A stretch of DNA of 64,000 nt, taken from assembly GCF_053078305.1 (NCBI RefSeq), contig NZ_CP166879.1. One strand, 5' to 3'. The notes under the pieces were generated by a model. It was given only the letters and a program-made list of their open reading frames with translations. It searched no databases and was not told the origin of the DNA. This document shows positions 42,210 to 52,800 of this stretch, piece by piece; position 1 is the stretch's first letter, and each line of letters begins with the position of its first letter. The translations under genes were made by a program, and so were the position numbers.

Positions 42210-42723
42210 TGGTGAGGGTATTTTCATGCAGAACATGGTGATTTCGCCCTCGATGCAGTTCCAGGAAAAGGACCAGTCCGGTCAGACATCGAGCACCGCG
42301 AACGCCGAGCAGGGCATCAAGGCCAAAGAGCTTCGCGTAACCGGGATGATCACCTTTGACAATGAGCGGGCCCTTCAGCGCATTTTCCAGCTGGCCTCTG
42401 CCACCACCGGGGACGGTGCCCTGAAAGTTTACCGTATCGCAAACGCCACCGCTGCCGCCATTAACTTTCGTGAAGGGACATTTTCCGGGCAGATAGACGC
42501 ACAGCAGCAGACCGACCGCCTCGCCTGGCAGGTCAGCTTCACATTACGCGAAAGACGAAGCGTACCGGAAAAACGCCAGGCACGCGCCGCACCCGGCAGC
42601 AGCCGTAAACAGACGCCGCAGACGCCCGGCGCAAAAGGCGGGACCGTGGCCGACGAAACACCGGAGAAAATGACCTGGTTCGAAGAAAAGGTCCTCAAAC
42701 CCGTCAATGATGCGCTGGAGTAA
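42181..42723 (+). CDS. Hypothetical tail-region protein (start uncertain)
   Basis: 180-aa ORF overlapping upstream gene; alternative start MQNMVISPS. Confidence 0.3.
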   Translation: MSQTALLALDGEGIFMQNMVISPSMQFQEKDQSGQTSSTANAEQGIKAKELRVTGMITFDNERALQRIFQLASATTGDGALKVYRIANATAAAINFREGTFSGQIDAQQQTDRLAWQVSFTLRERRSVPEKRQARAAPGSSRKQTPQTPGAKGGTVADETPEKMTWFEEKVLKPVNDALE

Positions 42724-42725
42724 CC

Positions 42726-44399
42726 ATGAACCCCACTAAACGTCTGTTACTGGGTAACGACACCATTCAGCTGGTCAGCTGTTCCGTCATGCTTGAGCTG
42801 AACGCGTGCGGACGCGGATTTATCACGGCCAGAACGGAGCAGAACTACACCGGGCGCCCTGTTCGTCTCGATATCGGATACGGAAACGACCTGGTGCGCT
42901 GGTTTACCGGATACGTTGAACGCAGCCAGCCCGCTGAAAACGGCTCGGTGCGGCTTCTGATTCGTGAAATGGCGGGGATCCTTGATCACCCCTTCCCCTG
43001 TTCATTTCAGCACCCGACAATGCGCACGGTCACACAGTGGCTGAGTGAGACCAGCGGGCTGGAAATCATCCTGCCGGACAACGCGGCTTACACTGACAGA
43101 CCCGTTCCGCATTTCACGCACAGCGGCACGGGCTACGAACTGCTGGCCAGTCTGGGGCGTATTTTCTCCGTACCGGACTACATCTGGCATCCGTTACCGG
43201 ACGGCGGCATTATGGCCGCTGCCGCCGCGCAGGGGATGTTTTCCGGTCGCCCCGTCACCATCCCGCACGAGTTCAGCCAGGCATCAACGGGCGGACACAG
43301 TATGACCCTCCCGATGATTCAGACGCTGCGACCGGGTGTGGAGGTGAACGGTCAGCGCCTGACGATGGTCATGCTGGAAGATGACAACATGACCATCACG
43401 TGGACACCACGCAATAAAGCCACCGGCGCCCCCCTCCAGAAGTCCCCTTTCCGTCGCCAGGCTGAAAAGGCCTTCCCTGAACTGGCATCAGGGCTTCACC
43501 TGCCCAAACTGGCACGTGTTGAGGCGCCGACCGAAGCCGTCAGCGCGGGCAATATTGCCGACCCGTTCAGACCCCGCTACGCGGTGAATCTCCAGCTGCT
43601 TGACGAGAACGGCAACCCGGCAGCGGATACGCCCGTTTATAACGCCGTTCCCCTCCCCGTTCCTATGGCGGGCAGTGAGTCCGGCATGTTCCAGTTCCCG
43701 CCCCCCGGAACCCTGGTGGAAGTGGGATTTGTGGAAGGCCGGGCGGATAAGCCCTTCATCCGCCAGATAATGGCAGAGGGCCACAATCTGCCCGACGTGA
43801 AGCCGGGCGAGCAGTTGCAGCAACAGCGCGACGGCGTATCGCAGCGCGTGACGGTCGCCGGAGACTGGGAGCGCCAGACAGACCAGCGGATACAGGAGAC
43901 ATCACGCGAGCGCGTGGTGAGCGCAGACGAGGAGACGCGGAGCCTGACCAGCCGGGAGACCACCATACAGGCAACCGACACAACCACCGTCCTGGGCGTA
44001 TCCACGCTTCAGGCTGGCGCAGTCACCCATATCACTGAAGAGAACTACAGCATCAGCACGGGCGGGCACATGATGGTGGTTGCCGGTACCTGTGAGCGCG
44101 ACGTGGAAGGCGACACACTGGACACCGTGGGCGGCAGCCTTACCGAAAAGATTAAGGGCGTCCGTCACAGTATTGCGCAGGCGCAGAAGCTGGTTGGCGA
44201 TACGGTGAAGCTGGGAAACGAGGGCATTAATGTACTGACCATGCTGACGGACCTTGCCGATGTGGTGGAAGAGCTGGCCGATATTACGGCATCACATACC
44301 CACCCCAAAACGGGCACGTCTCCGCAGGCCGCACAGTTCAGCCAGGTCGCTCAGGAGTGCCGCCAGCTTAAAAATAAATATTCACCAATAATCGAATAA
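42726..44399 (+). CDS. Putative baseplate hub / central spike protein
   Basis: 557 aa; C-terminal region with histidine motif ITASHTHP resembling iron-binding spike tips (P2 gpV-type); last gene before non-coding right arm. Confidence 0.35.
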   Translation: MNPTKRLLLGNDTIQLVSCSVMLELNACGRGFITARTEQNYTGRPVRLDIGYGNDLVRWFTGYVERSQPAENGSVRLLIREMAGILDHPFPCSFQHPTMRTVTQWLSETSGLEIILPDNAAYTDRPVPHFTHSGTGYELLASLGRIFSVPDYIWHPLPDGGIMAAAAAQGMFSGRPVTIPHEFSQASTGGHSMTLPMIQTLRPGVEVNGQRLTMVMLEDDNMTITWTPRNKATGAPLQKSPFRRQAEKAFPELASGLHLPKLARVEAPTEAVSAGNIADPFRPRYAVNLQLLDENGNPAADTPVYNAVPLPVPMAGSESGMFQFPPPGTLVEVGFVEGRADKPFIRQIMAEGHNLPDVKPGEQLQQQRDGVSQRVTVAGDWERQTDQRIQETSRERVVSADEETRSLTSRETTIQATDTTTVLGVSTLQAGAVTHITEENYSISTGGHMMVVAGTCERDVEGDTLDTVGGSLTEKIKGVRHSIAQAQKLVGDTVKLGNEGINVLTMLTDLADVVEELADITASHTHPKTGTSPQAAQFSQVAQECRQLKNKYSPIIE

Positions 44400-44411
44400 T
44401 TATTCACTTTA

Positions 44412-44440
44412 ACAGGCCGCGCAATGTGGCCTTTTTTATT
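44412..44440 (+). terminator. Rho-independent terminator after last tail gene
   Basis: Hairpin ggccgcgcaatgtggcc followed by TTTTTT. Confidence 0.55.
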
Positions 44441-44459
44441 CCCGGACAATAAAAAATAT

Positions 44460-45100
44460 TCATCACCGGACATCACCCACCACGAAAAAACCGTCCGCAG
44501 CAGAAAAAAAGATGGACGAAACGCCCCACGTAATCCCCACGTAAAACGTCGCGTAACGCCACGTAACGAAGAGATAACCCCGCCAGCCCGATTCGATCCC
44601 CTGACATCAGAAAACGATTTCTGCGCCCCAAAATCGCCGCAAATGGCCGGAAATTTTCGGGGGCGACGTAACGCGTAAAGTGACGTAATCGGCGCTACCC
44701 CGCACACGCCTCCGGTATTTGTGTACGATAAATTTTGCAAATCGAAAGGGGTGCAAAACACCCCTCCAGGGCGCGCCATTACTGAGTTTTTCCCTTCTGA
44801 ATGGTTTTGCACTTTGTGCAAGGTTTTGCAAAAGTGTGCAAAAACTCCGGCTTTCTGAGGATCCCGAAAAATTTTAATGCACTGAATAACAAGAGATTTT
44901 TAAAATTACGTCACGATCGAAGATCTGAAAAAGGATCCGACGACGAAAACGAAAAAATCAGGAAAGCCAGAACTGGCGCGGTCTGGCGGGGAGTGGCAGC
45001 AAAAATCACTTTTGCACACTTTTGCACAACTGCTCCGAAAAAGGATGGCGAAGGGGAAGGAAAACAGCCACGTCATCCGTTGCACGTAACGGACGTAAAA
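44460..45100. repeat. Non-coding iteron array (ACGTAA-type and TTTTGCAC/GTGCAAAA-type short repeats)
   Basis: At least 10 copies of (c/g)acgtaa(c) at 44528-44690 and 45070-45100; direct/inverted ttttgca(c/a) copies at 44735-44850 and 45010-45030; no credible ORF. Confidence 0.6.
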
Positions 45101-45105
45101 GGTAA

Positions 45106-45463
45106 ATTACGCGCGGGTGCCTTTCGGCTGACGGCTGGAAGGAATACCTGAAGGCCGGATGTGAAAAGGCCCCGAGTCAACTAACGTTAACCCGAGGCCC
45201 TGACACTTCCTACCTGACAAGTGGAAGGTTAGCGCCTCCCTGTAAAAGGAGTCAAGCGCTATGCCGCAAAAAACGATCATAGTGAGCATTTTATGCATAA
45301 CTATTTTGATGATTGTCTGGATGATACACACGTCACCGTGTGAGTTCAGGCTTAACATCATGTGGTCACAATTTGCGGCGTTCTTGCAGTGTAAACAGTA
45401 AGAAACCGCAGCGGGGGTGAAAGCCCCCGCTATCCGGTTGCCGGGTTCGGTCGATATGGCACC
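45106..45463 (+). repeat. Copy 1 of ~360-bp duplicated module carrying a small hydrophobic-peptide gene (type I toxin-like locus)
   Basis: Near-identical to 45826..46186 (about 90% by eye); starts attacgcgcgggtgcctttcgg, ends at GC hairpin gcgggggtgaaagcccccgc. Confidence 0.7.
45261..45401 (+). CDS. 46-aa hydrophobic peptide, Hok/Gef-like candidate type I toxin (copy 1)
   Basis: MPQKTIIVSILCITILMIVWMIHTSPCEFRLNIMWSQFAAFLQCKQ; AGGAG RBS 8 nt upstream; single TM then Cys-containing tail, as in Hok family; highly structured leader. Confidence 0.45.
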   Translation: MPQKTIIVSILCITILMIVWMIHTSPCEFRLNIMWSQFAAFLQCKQ

Positions 45464-45516
45464 TTTTCTCCATTGGATTACAGACGTATTTGCCCGCGAC
45501 ATGCGGGCCTTTTTGT

Positions 45517-45720
45517 TCAGTTGTATTTATTGTGGTCGTTACTGGCAGTGGCATTAACTGATTTTGCATGAATAGCACAAATTTTTTCCACGATAACACC
45601 ACACGCTTCAAGGTCTTCCGGGCGTGAAACCTTTATTTTTGTAATAGTCTCAGGATTATCAGCCGTTCCACTTTGCACAACCTCAATTTCAATTTTTTTT
45701 CTTGAAAGAATCATTTTCAT
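45517..45720 (-). CDS. Hypothetical small protein (67 aa) between the two duplicated modules
   Basis: ATG-initiated ORF in AT-rich spacer; weak SD. Confidence 0.25.
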   Translation of the reverse strand: MKMILSRKKIEIEVVQSGTADNPETITKIKVSRPEDLEACGVIVEKICAIHAKSVNATASNDHNKYN

Positions 45721-45825
45721 CGCCCCGACACAGGACAGAGTAAGCCTGTGCGAAAGAATATCACCAGTGCGATAGCGTTGTCTGCTTCAACGCCAGGCAT
45801 TGCGCACACAAAGGGAAATCAGTAC

Positions 45826-46186
45826 ATTACACGCGGGTGCCTTTCGGCTGATGGCTGGAAGGATTACCTGAAGGCCGGATGTGGAAAGGCCCCGAGTCAA
45901 CTTTAATGTTAACCCGAGGCCCTGACCATCTACCCTAAGCAAGTGGAAGGTTAGCGCCTCCCTGTAAAAGGAGTCAAGCGCTATGCCGCAAAAAACGATC
46001 ATCGTGAGCATTTTATGCTTAACCATGTTGTTGACCGTCTGGATGATACACCGTTCTCCGTGTGAGTTCAGGCTTAACATCATGTGGTCAGAATTTGCGG
46101 CGTTCTTGCAGTGTAAACCGTAAGAAACCGCAGCGGGGGTGAAAGCCCCCGCTATCCGGTTGCCAAAGGTTCGGTCGAAAGTCGCA
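45826..46186 (+). repeat. Copy 2 of ~360-bp duplicated module (type I toxin-like locus)
   Basis: Direct repeat of 45106..45463 with scattered substitutions. Confidence 0.7.
45983..46123 (+). CDS. 46-aa hydrophobic peptide, Hok/Gef-like candidate type I toxin (copy 2)
   Basis: MPQKTIIVSILCLTMLLTVWMIHRSPCEFRLNIMWSEFAAFLQCKP; same RBS and frame as copy 1; differences are mostly conservative. Confidence 0.45.
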   Translation: MPQKTIIVSILCLTMLLTVWMIHRSPCEFRLNIMWSEFAAFLQCKP

Positions 46187-46206
46187 CCCTCACACAAAAG
46201 TCACAA

Positions 46207-46238
46207 AGAAAAACAAAGCCCGCAGCGTAAAAACTGCG
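46207..46238. terminator. Bidirectional rho-independent terminator (serS end / right-arm transcripts)
   Basis: Perfect hairpin aagcccgcag-cgtaaaaa-ctgcgggctt flanked by A-run and T-run. Confidence 0.65.
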
Positions 46239-46362
46239 GGCTTTTTTGTTTCAAAGATGGACGTTATCTGGACACATGAAAATAAAAAATCTTTATTTTC
46301 AATATGTTAACCACCCACTAAAACCACCCGCAGGCGCTTTTTAGATTCAGAAAAATTAGGTA

Positions 46363-47676
<1,314 letters not shown>

Positions 47677-47745
47677 TTAAATGGGAGATGTGGCCACAGC
47701 CTGCGACCACAGGGATACAGTAACAACATTACCGCAACGATAACA

Positions 47746-49089
47746 TTAACGGTAGCGTTTTATGGGGCTATTTTGATCCTGTTCAGCCAGCCAGGCGAGC
47801 TTTTCGCCAATCTTGCCTTCAAGGCCCCTGTTTGTCGGGAAATAATAGCGTGTTTGTGCTATTTCCGGCGGGAAGTAAACCTCACCGGCAGCATAAGCGT
47901 TTGCTTCATCATGAGCGTAACGATATTCCTGCCCGTAGCCCATTTCCTTCATTAATTTCGTCGGCGCATTACGCAAATGAACCGGCACGTCATAATCCGG
48001 GCGTTCGCGAGCATCGGCCAGCGCGGCTTTAAACGCAGTGTAGACAGCGTTGCTTTTTGGCGCGCAGGCCAGGTAAACAATCGCCTGAGCAATGGCGCGT
48101 TCACCTTCCGCCGGGCCAACGCGAGTAAAGCAATCCCAGGCCGCAATTGCCACCTGCATCGCTCGTGGATCGGCATTACCGACGTCTTCAGACGCAATCG
48201 CCAGACAGCGACGCGCGACATATAACGGATCGCCACCAGCGGTAATAATTCGCGCATACCAGTACAGCGCCGCATCGGGTGCGCTACCACGTACCGACTT
48301 ATGCAGTGCAGAAATCAGATCGTAAAAGCGATCGCCTTTGTTATCAAAGCGGGCGCTACGTTCACCGGCGATTTCGGTCAGTAATTCAGGCTTCAGGACC
48401 CGCTTACCGCTATCATCGACTTCGGCCATATCCGCCATCATTTCCAGCGTATTTAACGCCCGGCGCGCGTCGCCATTCACCAGTTCTGCAATGGCACGTC
48501 GTGTTTCATCTGGCAGAACAATATCCTGACCACCATAGCCACGGGTTTTGTCTTCCATCGCCTGAGTTAGTACTTGCTCAATATCCTCTGTACTCAGGGA
48601 TTTCAACAGATAAACACGGGCACGGGAAAGCAGTGCCGAATTAAGCTCAAACGACGGGTTTTCAGTGGTTGCGCCAATAAAAGTGATGGTGCCGTCTTCA
48701 ATATGTGGCAGAAATGCATCCTGCTGGCTTTTGTTGAAACGGTGAACTTCGTCAACAAAAAGAATAGTGCGGCGACCTGCATTGCGGTTTTGCCGGGCGC
48801 GCTCGATCGCCTCGCGAATCTCTTTCACGCCAGAGGTGACGGCAGAAATACGTTCCACATCAGCGTTCGCATAGCGGGCAATCACTTCAGCGAGGGTTGT
48901 TTTGCCGGTACCCGGTGGCCCCCAGAGGATCATAGAATGTAAATGCCCGGCTTCGATAGCGCGCGGCAACGGCTTCCCCGCAGCCAGCAAATGTTGCTGA
49001 CCGATATACTGTGCTAAATTTTCTGGCCGCATACGCGCGGCCAGAGGTTGAAAAGTATTATCCGAAAAATCGAGCGACAGATTGCTCAC
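47746..49089 (-). CDS. rarA: Replication-associated recombination protein A (MgsA, AAA+ ATPase)
   Basis: 447 aa; Walker [10 protein letters not shown]; synteny serS-rarA-lolA. Confidence 0.92.
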
Positions 49090-49099
49090 TCAGGTGCCT

Positions 49100-49711
49100 C
49101 TACTTACGTTGATCATCTACCGTGACGCCTTGCGGCGGGGTGAAGGTAAATTTCGCTGCATCCACAGCCCCATTTTGCTGGGATTTCAGTTGATAACTGC
49201 TGCGCTGATCGTCCTGCTCCACCGCGCTAAACTGATGGATTGTGCCATCACGTCCCACGTTAATGGTGAACTGCTTCAGATTGCCATTGCTGGCTTTCGG
49301 CGTCAGGACAAAGTCATCGCCATTCTGTTTGATATTGTACTGCTGCCAGTCGCTGGACTGGTTGCGGGCAATCAGCATAAACGGCGTATTACCGGTGGCA
49401 TCTTTCAGCCAGGTTGCCGTAGCTTGCTCAACGAACGGGTTATAGAACCACAGTGTTTTACCGTCAGAAACCAGAATGCTTTCATCAGGTTGTGTCATAT
49501 GCCAGTTGAATAAGTTTGGACGTTTCACCCACAGATCGCCCTGACCTTCCTGCACCGCCGCGCCGCTACCGTCAGTCACTTTTTGTGTGAAGCTGGCGTG
49601 GAAGCTGCTGACTTTATCCAGGCGGCTTTTCAGATCGCTTGCGGCATCAGCCCAAACGCTGCTTGCTACTAAGCTTGAGAGTAATGCACAGGTGATGGCA
49701 ATTTTTTTCAT
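49100..49711 (-). CDS. lolA: Outer-membrane lipoprotein carrier protein LolA
   Basis: 203 aa with signal peptide [21 protein letters not shown]. Confidence 0.92.
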
Positions 49712-49865
49712 CATTATTCCTCAAATTACGTCACTCCCGATCGGGAGTTCCCTCTACTCTCTATTCCAGGCTAATAATCAGCTTGAGGAAAGAAGAAAAT
49801 ACTGAATTTTCAGTTGATAGAGTGCCGGATGCGACGCTACCGCGCCTTATCCGGCAATGCATTAA

Positions 49866-52800
49866 TTAGTCAAACGGCGGTGGGGCCAGCACTTCACGAT
49901 TACCGTTGTGCCCCTGTTCGCTGACAATCCCCTGCGCTTCCATCTGTTCGATAATACGCGCTGCACGGTTATAACCAATGCGGAACTGACGCTGTACGCC
50001 TGAAATTGACGCTTTGCGTTTTTCAGTGACAAACTGCACCGCCTGATCGAACAACGGATCCAGTTCTTCAGCGCCATCGAAACCACCCGCACCACCTTCG
50101 CTTTCGCTGTCGGAGGTGATGCCATCAACATACTGTGGGCGACCACGCGCTTTCCAGTCCTGCACCACGGCATGAACTTCCTGATCGCGAACAAAAGCAC
50201 CATGGACACGTACCGGCAACGTGGAGTTCGGCCCAGAGTAGAGCATATCCCCCATACCCAGCAGTGATTCCGCGCCAGCCTGATCAAGAATGGTACGTGA
50301 GTCAATCTTACTGGATACGGTAAAGGCGATACGGGTCGGAATATTCGCTTTAATCAGACCAGTAATAACATCAACCGATGGACGCTGAGTTGCCAGTACG
50401 AGGTGGATACCCGCGGCACGGGCTTTTTGCGCCAGACGTGCTATCAGCTCTTCCACTTTTTTACCTACCGTCATCATCAGGTCGGCAAATTCGTCAACCA
50501 ACACCACAATGTATGGCTCTTTTTTCAGCACCGGATGCTGGGCATCCATACTGTCACCCGGCTTCCAGTACGGGTCTGGAATCGGACGCATCATGCGATC
50601 GGCTTCAGCAATTTTTTCGTTATAACCCGCCAGATTACGCACACCCAGCGCAGACATCAGTTTATACCGACGCTCCATCTCGTTAACACACCAGCGCAGC
50701 GCGTTGGCGGCATCTTTCATATCAGTAACGACTTCCGTTAACAGATGCGGAATGCCTTCATAAACCGAAAGCTCCAGCATTTTCGGGTCGATCATGATGA
50801 AACGCACATCTTCTGGCTGCGCTTTATAAAGCATGCTCAGGATCATCGCGTTCACACCGACAGACTTACCGGAACCGGTAGTCCCCGCAACCAACAAGTG
50901 CGGCATTTTCGCCAGATCGGCAACCACCGGCTCACCGGCGATATCTTTACCCAGCACCACGGTTAATGGCGACGGATTATCGCGGAATTTGGCGTTATCC
51001 AATACTTCGCGCAGATAAACGGTTTGTCGTTTTTTATTCGGTAACTCCAGACCTACATAGGGTTTGCCAGGAATAACTTCAACGACACGCACCGCCACCG
51101 TCGAAAGTGAACGGGCAAGGTCCCGTGACAAGTTAGAAATGCGCGCCGCTTTTACGCCCGGTGCCAGGTTAAGTTCAAAGCGAGTGATAACCGGCCCCGG
51201 AGAGTAATTGACGACATCGGCTTTAATACGGAAATCAGCCAGACGTGCTTCCACCAGACGCGCCATTTGTTCAAGCGCAAAGGTATCTACCGGCTCCACT
51301 TCGCTCGGCGGCGGTGTCAGCAAATCCAGAGAAGGCAGCGGCGTCGTCGGTTTATGCAACGGACGGCTGTCGCCATTACGCATCAACAGCGGATGAAGCA
51401 GAGTATCCTGCGGCTGTGGCGCAACTGGCTGTTGCGGCTGCTGATATTGCTGCTGTGGTGCAGCCGATTGTTGTGGCTGCTGATACTGCGGCTGCGGCGC
51501 AACTGGCTGTTGCGGCCGCTGATATTGCGGCTGCGGTGCAACCGGTTGTTGCGGCTGCTGATATTGCTGCTGCGGTGCAACCGGTTGTTGCGGCTGCTGA
51601 TATTGCTGCTGTGGCGCAACCGGCTGTTGTGGCTGCTGATACTGCTGCTGCGGTGCAACCGGTTGTTGCGGCTGCTGTACAGGTTCAACAATTGGCGTAA
51701 ACAACGGTTCGTGTGGACCATCATCCAGCAACGCTTTCATTGGCGAAAATTCAAAATCATCCAGCGAGAACGGATTCGCCCCAGCCGGTTGTTCGCCGGA
51801 ATAACGTTGTTGTTGAGTTTGCGCAAACTGACGAGCCAGTTCAGCCTCTGCCGCAGCATCTGCATCTTCTGCGTTTACGGGCACATCATGTTGATACTGT
51901 TCGCCATAGCGTTGCTGCTGTGTCTGGGCGAACTGACGTGCCAGTTCATCCTGCTGCATCGCATCGATTTCATCATCATTATACTGATCGCCAGAATCAT
52001 ACTGATTGCGCTGGGCTTCACGGGCTTTTTCTTCCGCCGCACGCTGTGAGGGCAGTTTAATACCGTAAGACGCCAGTTCACGACGAGTTGGCACGCGGAT
52101 ACGTTTCGGTCGTGGCAACTGCGGGCCAATCCCCTCTTTGACCTGCGGACGCGGTCCACCGCTATTTGCCAGACTGAAGACTGGCGCAGCAACGGTTGCG
52201 GCAGCCCCCGTCGCCAGTGTCGCTTTTTTCACGCCAGATGCCAGCGGAGAAACAGCGGCAGCGGCTTCTACTGGAGGTATTGCTGCAACAGAAGGTGCTT
52301 TCAGCGAAGATTTGATCGGTTCTGGTTCTTTAACCGGTTCTGGAATCGGTTGATACCAGGCCGCAAGTTGTTCACGTTCACGGGCTCGCTTCTCTTCCAC
52401 TTCTTCAAAGTAGTAAAGCGGCGGACGCGCGGGTTTTGTCTCTTCTACAACGGGTTCAGGCTCCACAACAGGCTGCTGTTCAACAGGTTGCGGCTGTTGG
52501 TACAACGGCTCCTGAGCGGCTGGCTGCTGATAAGTTTGCTCAGTCTGGTATGTAGACTGTGGAGCAAAAGTGGATTGCTGCTCTTCGGCTTGCCAGGCGT
52601 TACCTGCCACCGGTTGTTCTGGCGCAGGGGCATAATACGGCTGTTGCGCAGGCTGTTCCGGCGCAGTTGCGTAATACGGTTGCTGAACAGGTTGTTCCGC
52701 CGCAGGAGCGTAGTAAGGTTGTTGCGCAGGTTGTTCAGCTGCAGGTGCATAATACGGCTGCTGCGGCTGTACTGGTTGTTGCAGCGGCTCATTATATTGC

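Larger units (their letters stand above)
13000..46250. mobile_element. P2-family-related prophage inserted between dmsA and serS (boundaries approximate; att core not identified)
   Basis: Contiguous block of integrase, C repressor, Cox-like, HUH replication protein, Ogr-like, portal, terminase, scaffold, capsid, lysis, tail chaperone with frameshift, tape measure, baseplate and fibre genes, interrupting otherwise conserved dmsA-serS synteny. Confidence 0.85.

Noticed and set aside
45107-46197. 131-aa and 136-aa minus-strand ORFs overlapping the duplicated toxin-like modules
   Set aside because: They run antisense through the structured repeat and lack convincing starts; the short plus-strand peptide with a strong RBS explains the conservation better. 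Kept as uncertain rather than excluded outright.
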